The notes beneath the pieces are model-generated. The model searched no databases and was not told where the DNA came from. It saw only the letters and a list, made by a program, of their open reading frames with translations. A DNA stretch of 22,268 nucleotides, taken from the IMG/VR virus record IMGVR_UViG_3300048579_000065; one strand, given 5' to 3'. The position numbers and the translations under genes were made by a program. The stretch comes from a virus. Position 1 is the first letter of the stretch. The number at the start of each line of letters is the position of its first letter. Of the stretch, positions 1-6,909 are shown piece by piece.

Positions 1-147
1 ACTATAATCATTGGAATATAGTTCTTATAATATAATAATTACAATAATGTATTTATAATAATAGATCTTATATACTTTAATTCTTAATAACTATGAAAGT
101 TAATATTGAAAGTTAACTTCTAAAGTTAACTTCTAAAGTTAACTTGT
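1..147. other. Candidate replication origin or control region (very AT-rich tract plus tandem palindromic repeats)
   Basis: Positions 1-95 are non-coding and very A/T-rich, with TATAAT at 3, 26, 31 and 54. Four 13-bp repeats follow, directly upstream of the SSB and polymerase genes. Origin function is inferred. Confidence 0.4.
96..147. repeat. Four tandem 13-bp repeats with palindromic core AAGTTAACTT
   Basis: aaagttaatattg (96-108), aaagttaacttct (109-121), aaagttaacttct (122-134), aaagttaacttgt (135-147). Confidence 0.9.
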
Positions 148-155
148 GGTATAAT
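141..155 (+). promoter_or_regulatory. Extended -10 sigma70-type promoter
   Basis: aacttgTGgTATAAT: perfect TATAAT at 150-155 with TGn; the same motif recurs at 194-208 and 6799-6813. Confidence 0.7.
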
Positions 156-193
156 AAAGTAGAAGGTAAGAAAATTTAATGTAATGAATTTTC

Positions 194-208
194 AAACTGT
201 GGTATAAC
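194..208 (+). promoter_or_regulatory. Second extended -10 promoter
   Basis: aaactgTGgTATAAC, about 30 nt upstream of the SSB start. Confidence 0.5.
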
Positions 209-239
209 AGAAGTATGTTGGATAAGTGAGGTAATGATA

Positions 240-1160
240 ATGAGTGTTTTGGACTTTTTGAATGAAGTGGCAGCTAAAAGTGATAGTAATTTCTCTGGAA
301 CTTTTTCAGGAGGTTTTGGACCTCAGAAGTTTATGCTTTCAGAAGCTGGAGTAGACTATTATCACAGTATTCTTTGGTCAGGCTTTGAACTTTGGACTCA
401 TAATGTAAAAGGATCTTTCAAACCTTCTCTATGCTTAAATAAGTATTATGGAGAATCTTGTCCAGAATGTGGTAAGGAAAGTAATTATCCAGTAGATGAA
501 AATGATCCAAGTAAAGGAAAGAGACTTACCAGACCTTCAAGAAATCGTTACATTGCTTCCTTTTGCCATAATAACAATGGTAAGACAAGATTGAGTAAGG
601 ATGGATCTGTTGTTTACAATGTTGAACCTGTTGTAGTTATAGAGATAAAGTGTGGTGAAGCTAATACTCAAACAGGGGCCGCTAAAAATAGAAACATTGA
701 ACCAATTCTCTTAGCTGAAAATCAAGATGTACTTTATGATGAAATCTTTGTTCTTAGAAGAGATATGGTCAAAGATCCTAAGACTGGAAAAGACAAGTCT
801 GTAAATAAACAGATTCAATTAGTTTCAGGTAAAGCTAAGCTCAATTATTCTATTATGTGTCATGAAGGTGATAAAGACAAAGGAATAACTGAGAAAGAAT
901 TGAAAGTTGCTATGCAAGCTCAAGAGTTAGTTAATCAAGTTCCTGAAGAAATCAAGGAAAAGTGGTTTGGACCTCCTGAAAAACAGATGGTAGTAGGAGA
1001 AAAGGTTGGTATAATATTGTCAATCATGGAACCAAACTCTGTCAGAAGAGATCTTTGGGAAGCTAAAGGAGCTATCTTTCCTCCTGAAGTTAAGAAGAAA
1101 GATACTAAAGAAGCTGAAAAGACATCATCTTCAGATATTGAGAAGGATGCTGAAGGTTAA
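240..1160 (+). CDS. T4 gp32-like single-stranded DNA-binding protein
   Basis: H-NVKGSFKPSL-C-LNKYYGES-CPEC resembles the gp32 His/Cys3 zinc site; acidic-ending tail (SSSDIEKDAEG); next to the polymerase. ATG 240 fits the GAGGT SD better than ATG 234. Confidence 0.65.
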   Translation: MSVLDFLNEVAAKSDSNFSGTFSGGFGPQKFMLSEAGVDYYHSILWSGFELWTHNVKGSFKPSLCLNKYYGESCPECGKESNYPVDENDPSKGKRLTRPSRNRYIASFCHNNNGKTRLSKDGSVVYNVEPVVVIEIKCGEANTQTGAAKNRNIEPILLAENQDVLYDEIFVLRRDMVKDPKTGKDKSVNKQIQLVSGKAKLNYSIMCHEGDKDKGITEKELKVAMQAQELVNQVPEEIKEKWFGPPEKQMVVGEKVGIILSIMEPNSVRRDLWEAKGAIFPPEVKKKDTKEAEKTSSSDIEKDAEG

Positions 1161-1207
1161 CTAAACCTAGATTCTGAATAAGCGTAAAACTTACGTTTAC
1201 TTATGCT

Positions 1208-1243
1208 GGCAGACCATAAGATTTAATAGTCTGCCTATCACTT
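1208..1243 (+). terminator. Intergenic hairpin, possible terminator or processing site
   Basis: GGCAGAC (1208-1214) pairs with GTCTGCC (1229-1235), weak T tail; a second weak hairpin lies at about 1180-1198. Confidence 0.4.
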
Positions 1244-1262
1244 TAATTCTTGGAGAAGTTTA

Positions 1263-1469
1263 ATGGAAATTGTTGATGATCTTAAAGGAATTGTTAAGAG
1301 TAAGGAGGTTTTTCATCTTGTAGTTTATGATGATAATGAAGATTTGTTAGATAGAGGCTACTTTGAAAGTATTAAGGATGCTAAAGACTGGGCTAACAAA
1401 CACTTTCCAGGAAGTCAATACAACTTATTTAAGATTGAACACTTTAGAAGGACTACATCTATAAAATGA
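1263..1469 (+). CDS. Hypothetical protein
   Basis: 68-aa ORF, GGAG SD, ATGA coupling to the next gene. Confidence 0.75.
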   Translation: MEIVDDLKGIVKSKEVFHLVVYDDNEDLLDRGYFESIKDAKDWANKHFPGSQYNLFKIEHFRRTTSIK

Positions 1470-1723
1470 CAAATGAGCACTCAATAGCTAGATTAAGTAA
1501 TGAGCTTAAAGAACTTAATGAAAGAGTAACCAAGCTTGAGGAAGATCTTAAGAGAAAGCTTGAAATAAAGCTTGAACCTCAAATTGAGATAGATAAACTC
1601 CTAAAAGATCAGATCTCTGAAGATAGAAAGCACTTACAAGACTTCAAAGACAAATTTAATAAATCAGTTCAAGAAATATTGGATTATAATGACTCAAACA
1701 CTAAGTCAAATACAGAAAGTTAA
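1466..1723 (+). CDS. Hypothetical coiled-coil protein
   Basis: Heptad-like L/E/K-rich sequence; coupled start. Confidence 0.75.
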   Translation: MTNEHSIARLSNELKELNERVTKLEEDLKRKLEIKLEPQIEIDKLLKDQISEDRKHLQDFKDKFNKSVQEILDYNDSNTKSNTES

Positions 1724-4184
1724 AACCTGGACATATATAACTACTGAGGCACAACTCATTCAAGTCTGTAAGGATTTGGATGATTATTGTGCTATATTTG
1801 AAGCTAAAAACAGGAAACCTAAGCTAGGATGGGACTTAGAAACATTTAATCCTAAAAAGCCAGGCTCTAAGAACATTAGGCCAATTAAAGGCTTAGATGG
1901 AGAGTATGAAGGAAGGATTAGATTATTATTGTTAGGTCTAGATCCTCAAGTAGAAGATCATCAATTCATTATTGATGTAATGAAGATTGGTGAAAAGGTA
2001 GTAGCCAAGCATGTTAACAGATTTCTAATGAAATGTTTGTTGATAGGCCAGAACAATATCTATGACCTTCCTTTCATTATAGAGTTCTTTGAGTGCTATC
2101 CTCCTTTTGTAAGAGATTTAATGTTAATGAGTCTCTTATTTTATGCTGGAGATAAGCTTTGTGTCAAAGGCTACAAGATAGATGATAGGCATCATACTTT
2201 GGCTGATCATTATGAGAACTTTCTAGACTATGGTTGGTTTATATCTAGGACTGGAATGGACTTTGAGCAATATAAGAGCTTTAAGAGTAGGAATCAAGGG
2301 TCTAATTGGGGCAATGAAATATTAGACAATGATCAGCTAGAATATTCTGCTGATGAAGTTTCTTTGTGTCATCCAACTTACATAGCAATGCTGGCTAAGC
2401 TCCAAGAGTTTATGAATAGACAGAATAAGCCAGGAATGTTAAACACATTCATTATGGAATGTGAAGCTTTAATGGAGTTTGCTGTCTCATCCTTAGTTGG
2501 GGTTCCTTATGACATTGAGTATGCTCAAGATGTATCTGATGTCTACCTTAAGGACATATTAGAGCAAGCTGAGAATACTTTAATGGTTTATCCAGAATTT
2601 TGGGAAGAAATTAAGAACGAAACCACCTTAGTTCCTCTTATGGATGGTAGTAAGATTAAGATTGGCTCTAGAAAGATTAGTGTGCCTTACTGTAGGTTTA
2701 TTAATATAGGTGGAAAGAATACAGCAGCCGGGGATGGCCAACTAACAAGGGCTTTGAAAAGAGCTGGCCTAACACTTCCAAATTCTCAACAAGGAACCTT
2801 TGTTCAATTACTTTATGATGTAGAGAAGGCTAAAGACCTTACAGATAAACAGAAAGATATATTGGCCAATGTTCTTAAATGGGTTAGGGCCAAAGGATCA
2901 CTACTTGATAGATATGGTTCAGAGGCCATGGCTGAACATCTACATGAAGATGGTAGATTCTATCCTCAGTGGTTTCAAATAGGAGCAGATACACAAAGAA
3001 CCTCATGTAAGAATCCTGCCTTACAGACTATTCCAGGTGGCTCTAAAGACAACTTCTTTGAAGATGGAGAGAAGATAGGAGAGAAGATTAGAAGAGGTAT
3101 AGCTTGCCAACCTGACAGAAGGATCATTGTAGGAGATTGGTCTAATCAAGAAGTCCGGCTAGCTTATCAAGTAAGTCAAGATCAATATCTTAAACTAGTC
3201 TTCCTTGAGAACAGAGATCAGCATTCAGAGTTTGCTAAGGAAGTGTTTCAGCTAGACTATTATCCAACTAAAACTAAAGGTGGAGAGATGAGGCAAGCTG
3301 GTAAGACAGCTTTCCTACAATTTCAATACTTAGGTGGCTGGAAGGCTACTAAAGAAGCTGTATATATGGATACTAAGTGTAAGGTACTCTTAGGTGATGA
3401 TGAGGCTAAAAACCTCAATAAGAAGCTTAAGGAACGTTATGAAGGTATGACAGACCTGGCTGAAAAATGTAAGCAAGAGGTATTAAAGGCTGTTGCACAT
3501 GTACAAACCTTAAGAGAGTTTGAGAATAGAAAGGACATCTTCATTGGCTTCACTAGACTCAAATACATTATGGATGATGGAACTAAGAAGGAGTATACAA
3601 GACTTAGGAGATTTCCATTACAGAAAGAACATGAGATGTTAATCAAACGTACTAAAAATAAAGAAGAGATTAATTCCTGGAAACTTAAGAATAAGAAGGA
3701 TATACTTTTCTTATTGAAGGTATATAACAAAGATAAGAAGGCCGCGCTAGTTACTACAAAGTTTGGAAAGTTAATTAGAAAAGGTAATTTTAGGTTTGTT
3801 GATACTTTACATAGAAACTACAGAAAGTATGATCCAAAGACTAAGAAGTATGATACTTGGAATAATGAGTTTAATAGGACTATCTCAGCAATTGTCAGAG
3901 AGTATTTCAACTTTCTTATGCAACCTGAAGGTGCTACAATGCTTAAAATCTCTATGATTAAGATTGGCAGAGCCTTTAGAGAAAAGGGCTGGCATCCTAA
4001 AAGAGATTGTGCTATAATAGCTGAATGTCATGACTCTATTATTGTAGAATGTAGAGAAGAGATAGCTGAGGAAGCTAGAGAGATAATGAAATATTGGATG
4101 GAGAAGGTAGCAGGCTGGGTAATAAGAGGAATACCAACACCTGTTTCAATTAAGATAGGTCCAAATTGGGGAGATGCAGAGTGA
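1689..4184 (+). CDS. polA: Family A DNA polymerase with 3'-5' exonuclease domain
   Basis: ExoI WDLET, ExoII QNNIYDL, ExoIII YSADE; TQRTSCKNPALQTIP; motif A GDWSNQEVRL, motif B RQAGKTAFLQFQY, NFLMQ, motif C ECHDS; C-terminal GPNWG. Confidence 0.95.
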   Translation: MTQTLSQIQKVKTWTYITTEAQLIQVCKDLDDYCAIFEAKNRKPKLGWDLETFNPKKPGSKNIRPIKGLDGEYEGRIRLLLLGLDPQVEDHQFIIDVMKIGEKVVAKHVNRFLMKCLLIGQNNIYDLPFIIEFFECYPPFVRDLMLMSLLFYAGDKLCVKGYKIDDRHHTLADHYENFLDYGWFISRTGMDFEQYKSFKSRNQGSNWGNEILDNDQLEYSADEVSLCHPTYIAMLAKLQEFMNRQNKPGMLNTFIMECEALMEFAVSSLVGVPYDIEYAQDVSDVYLKDILEQAENTLMVYPEFWEEIKNETTLVPLMDGSKIKIGSRKISVPYCRFINIGGKNTAAGDGQLTRALKRAGLTLPNSQQGTFVQLLYDVEKAKDLTDKQKDILANVLKWVRAKGSLLDRYGSEAMAEHLHEDGRFYPQWFQIGADTQRTSCKNPALQTIPGGSKDNFFEDGEKIGEKIRRGIACQPDRRIIVGDWSNQEVRLAYQVSQDQYLKLVFLENRDQHSEFAKEVFQLDYYPTKTKGGEMRQAGKTAFLQFQYLGGWKATKEAVYMDTKCKVLLGDDEAKNLNKKLKERYEGMTDLAEKCKQEVLKAVAHVQTLREFENRKDIFIGFTRLKYIMDDGTKKEYTRLRRFPLQKEHEMLIKRTKNKEEINSWKLKNKKDILFLLKVYNKDKKAALVTTKFGKLIRKGNFRFVDTLHRNYRKYDPKTKKYDTWNNEFNRTISAIVREYFNFLMQPEGATMLKISMIKIGRAFREKGWHPKRDCAIIAECHDSIIVECREEIAEEAREIMKYWMEKVAGWVIRGIPTPVSIKIGPNWGDAE

Positions 4185-4387
4185 GAGATTGCTTACTTGT
4201 TAAAGTATTTAAGTTTACAGGTGGCTATCCTGAAAAATTTACAGTTGTAAATTACAGACATTGGGAAACAGGTGAGGTTATACATCCTTCAAAGATTACA
4301 AATGCTAAGGTTATTGTAGATGTAGATACAGGAAACTTTATTAAGAATGTGTTTATGAAGCAGGATTTGACTAATGTTAACTTGTGA
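4181..4387 (+). CDS. Hypothetical protein
   Basis: GTG start overlapping the polA stop (GTGA), GGGGAG SD. Confidence 0.65.
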   Translation: MRDCLLVKVFKFTGGYPEKFTVVNYRHWETGEVIHPSKITNAKVIVDVDTGNFIKNVFMKQDLTNVNL

Positions 4388-4544
4388 AGACTTACCAAAT
4401 ACATTTGGAAAGTGTTGTTCAGCTTGCCATGGCCTTGAAGACCTTGCTGGCTGGACTAAGATAAAATTGAATGGCAAAGAATATGCTATATGCTGTAATA
4501 TAAGGAAACTTCTTAAGGAGAGTAAGGACGTGAAGCTTGATTAG
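4374..4544 (+). CDS. Small Cys-rich hypothetical protein (56 aa, not in ORF track)
   Basis: MLTCEDLPNTFGKCCSACHGL...AICCNIRK; AGGA SD; fills the gap between neighbours. Confidence 0.65.
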   Translation: MLTCEDLPNTFGKCCSACHGLEDLAGWTKIKLNGKEYAICCNIRKLLKESKDVKLD

Positions 4545-5280
4545 ACATCTAGTATTACCAGATTCTCACTCTAAACCTGGAGTAGATAATAAAAGGTACA
4601 CATGGGTTGGCAGAGCAGCTGTAGATTATGAAGTAGATAAGATAATCAATCTAGGGGATCTTTTTGATTTACCAAGTCTCTGTGCTTATGATAAAGGTAA
4701 GAAAGGATTTGAAGGTAGAAGATTAAGTAATGACATAGCAGCTGGTATAGATGCTATGGAGAAATTACTAGCCCCAATAGGCTCAAAGGTAGACCTACAC
4801 TACATTATTGGAAACCATGAGAAAAGAATATCTAGAGTAGCCGAGCTAGACTCAGAGCTAGATGGTACAATAGGACTGCATCAATTAAGATTAGATGAGT
4901 TTGGCTGGAAAGTGCATCCATTTAAGACTATAGCTTTTATAGACAATATAGCTTATACACACTACTTTACTTCAGGTCTTATGGACAATCCTATTGGTGG
5001 AGTGAATTTAGGAAGGTCAATCTTAAATAAGATGCATACTAATGCATTCCAGGGCCACTGCCATACATGGGATCTGGCTAACACAAGCCTAGCAAATGGT
5101 AAAAAAATATGGGGTGGAAGCTTAGGTTGCCTATTTGACCATAAGGAAGACTATGTATCAGCTCGTGCTCAGGCTGAATGGACTAGAGGTATAACAATAC
5201 TTGATATTGAGAATGATGAGATACAAGACATATCATTTGTGTCTCTAAATACCTTGAGAAGGAACTATGGAAGAAAGTAA
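4537..5280 (+). CDS. Calcineurin-like metallophosphoesterase
   Basis: PDSH, LGDLFD, GNHE, H and GHCH metal-binding motifs. Confidence 0.9.
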   Translation: MIRHLVLPDSHSKPGVDNKRYTWVGRAAVDYEVDKIINLGDLFDLPSLCAYDKGKKGFEGRRLSNDIAAGIDAMEKLLAPIGSKVDLHYIIGNHEKRISRVAELDSELDGTIGLHQLRLDEFGWKVHPFKTIAFIDNIAYTHYFTSGLMDNPIGGVNLGRSILNKMHTNAFQGHCHTWDLANTSLANGKKIWGGSLGCLFDHKEDYVSARAQAEWTRGITILDIENDEIQDISFVSLNTLRRNYGRK

Positions 5281-5482
5281 GGTACTTGAATCAAATAAGA
5301 TTTACAGACAGATTTTAGATGGTTTAAGATCCTCCTTCAAGAAAGATATTAGATGGTTTGGCCAGGCTAAATCATATGAACTTGACAGGCTAGCAGAAAG
5401 TTTGCTATACTTTTATCCAGAGCCAATAAATCCAAACAGCATTGATTGGTTTGAGAAGTGTGAAAAGGAAGGTTTAATCTAA
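5267..5482 (+). CDS. Hypothetical protein
   Basis: 71-aa ORF, AAGGA SD, overlaps the upstream stop. Confidence 0.7.
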   Translation: MEESKVLESNKIYRQILDGLRSSFKKDIRWFGQAKSYELDRLAESLLYFYPEPINPNSIDWFEKCEKEGLI

Positions 5483-5619
5483 TGTTTCAACCAAAGTTTG
5501 CTAAACATATAACCAAACAAAAAGATTGGGGAAAGAAGCAAAGGAAGTATAGGACAAGAAAGGGCTCTTACAAAACTTTGCTAAATAAGTATCAGGAAGA
5601 TTATGCAAGTAACAGTTAG
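5482..5619 (+). CDS. Small very basic protein (45 aa, not in ORF track)
   Basis: MFQPKFAKHITKQKDWGKKQRKYRTRKGSYKTLLNKYQEDYASNS; TAATG coupling, AAGG SD. Confidence 0.6.
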   Translation: MFQPKFAKHITKQKDWGKKQRKYRTRKGSYKTLLNKYQEDYASNS

Positions 5620-5866
5620 TGATAGTAAAGTTCCTGAAGAACCATGGGAAGATGGTTGGATCTTATATATAGATGATTCAGGAACAAACACAAGAGCGGG
5701 GCTATACTTACTTTCACCATATAATAGAGAAGAAAAGTTTATGTCTGGGCTAGGCTACAAGTATAAAATAGGTGGAAGTAGTCCATTGTTGTATACTAAA
5801 GAAATTGCTAAGACAATTAATTTAGTCACAATAGATAGTATAATAGGAGCAGGTAGAGTTGGATAG
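5603..5866 (+). CDS. Hypothetical protein
   Basis: 87-aa ORF, AGGA SD. Confidence 0.7.
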   Translation: MQVTVSDSKVPEEPWEDGWILYIDDSGTNTRAGLYLLSPYNREEKFMSGLGYKYKIGGSSPLLYTKEIAKTINLVTIDSIIGAGRVG

Positions 5867-6047
5867 TAAATGCCCATTAACAACTAAAGATCTTATAAGT
5901 GATGACACTGGACCTTTCTTACTTTGGTCAAGGCTAAATAACTTTGATAAATTAAGAAATTTAACATTAGTGTTTGATCTTGGTATTGATGATGTAAAAT
6001 GTAAGACTAGAGAGCTAGTTAAGGAGAAAGAAGATGGGACAATTTAA
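5859..6047 (+). CDS. Hypothetical protein
   Basis: TTG start, AGGAG/AGGT SD, fills the gap between neighbours. Confidence 0.55.
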   Translation: MDSKCPLTTKDLISDDTGPFLLWSRLNNFDKLRNLTLVFDLGIDDVKCKTRELVKEKEDGTI

Positions 6048-6426
6048 TGTTAAAGAATTTTTGCTAGAACCTGTAAATGAGGGTAAAATCTATAAGCCAG
6101 GTGGATCATGTGGGTGTATAAAGTATGCCTTTGACAAAGCTTGTAATAATGTGCTAGCTTATACTGGATATAGTAATAAAAAGATTCAGAATATGATGGA
6201 TATTGCTGAAACAATTTTAGTTAAAGGCTACCCACAAAAAGCTAAACTCTTTGTAGCAAGTTGTATGGAAAAATACTTTGATGGTTGCTGTGTAGAAAAA
6301 CTTTATGTGGGTGTTGTAAACCCCTTTCCATGGTCAGGTACAATTATCCCACCCTATAAAAATGTGTATACAAAACCAATAGTAGATAAAGTAAAGACAA
6401 GAATAAAGGAGACAGCCAATGTTTAA
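6034..6426 (+). CDS. Hypothetical Cys-containing protein
   Basis: 130 aa, AAGGAG SD, CGC and CC motifs. Confidence 0.75.
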   Translation: MGQFNVKEFLLEPVNEGKIYKPGGSCGCIKYAFDKACNNVLAYTGYSNKKIQNMMDIAETILVKGYPQKAKLFVASCMEKYFDGCCVEKLYVGVVNPFPWSGTIIPPYKNVYTKPIVDKVKTRIKETANV

Positions 6427-6733
6427 GAAAGTGATGATTGCAAGTATGTTAAGTTTGATGTCTTTTCAAGGTGCTCAAGCTGTAACATTAGATGAGTTCA
6501 AAGATGAAGTAAAAAAGACAACACAAGTGTTGCTAGACCAATTGGATCATCTTTCTCAAGTAGGAGAAACCTTGTCTGAAGAGGACTTGAATACACTAGG
6601 CACTGGTAAGACAGGATCTGGAGCAACAGAATTGGAAGTACTTAATAATGCTTTTGATGCATTAGTATTAAGTGCTAGTGAATTTCTTGACTATTTAGAA
6701 GAACCAGCCTGTGGTGAAGGTGGTTGTGAGTAA
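6419..6733 (+). CDS. Exported acidic helical protein with C-terminal C-x4-C
   Basis: Sec-type signal peptide MFKKVMIASMLSLMSFQGAQA|VT; AAGGAG SD; ends PACGEGGCE. Confidence 0.7.
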   Translation: MFKKVMIASMLSLMSFQGAQAVTLDEFKDEVKKTTQVLLDQLDHLSQVGETLSEEDLNTLGTGKTGSGATELEVLNNAFDALVLSASEFLDYLEEPACGEGGCE

Positions 6734-6742
6734 ATAAGTCTC

Positions 6743-6786
6743 TAAATCTAGTGTTGGTCTGAGAGATTAGGCTAGCACTAGGTTTA
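6743..6786 (+). other. 20-bp RNA stem-loop with GAGA (GNRA) tetraloop
   Basis: taaatctagtgttggtctga-GAGA-ttaggctagcactaggttta; fully paired only with five G-U pairs, so it is a + strand RNA structure. Confidence 0.75.
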
Positions 6787-6813
6787 CATTTCTGGCTAAA
6801 CTTGTGGTAGAAT
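6783..6813 (+). promoter_or_regulatory. Extended -10 promoter upstream of the RNR gene
   Basis: TTTACA (6783-6788), then aacttgTGgTAGAAT (6799-6813), the same motif as 141-155; the spacer is long (19 bp). Confidence 0.6.
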
Positions 6814-6847
6814 AACTCTATAAGTCAAAACCTAATAGGTCTTGCAC

Positions 6848-6876
6848 AAAGGGAATACAATAAGTGTTCTCTTTTT
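6848..6876 (+). terminator. Intrinsic terminator-like hairpin in the RNR leader
   Basis: aaagggaatac-aataa-gtgttctcttt followed by a T run. Confidence 0.5.
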
Positions 6877-6909
6877 ATTATCTCATAGTATCTTATTTAA
6901 GGAGATTGA

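Noticed and set aside
96-147. Possible mini CRISPR array
   Set aside because: The 13-bp units are directly adjacent with no spacers, and no cas genes are present.
3618-3885. Intein or intron in polA (nrdJ and recA also inspected)
   Set aside because: No splice-junction residues or homing endonuclease motifs, and the reading frames are continuous.
1689-4184. Calling the polymerase DpoZ (2-aminoadenine system)
   Set aside because: No purZ, datZ or mazZ in the window, and motif divergence alone is not diagnostic.
6814-6909. Cobalamin or c-di-GMP riboswitch, or NrdR box, before nrdJ
   Set aside because: The leader is too short, has no B12 box, resembles the GEMM motif only superficially, and has no convincing NrdR palindrome.
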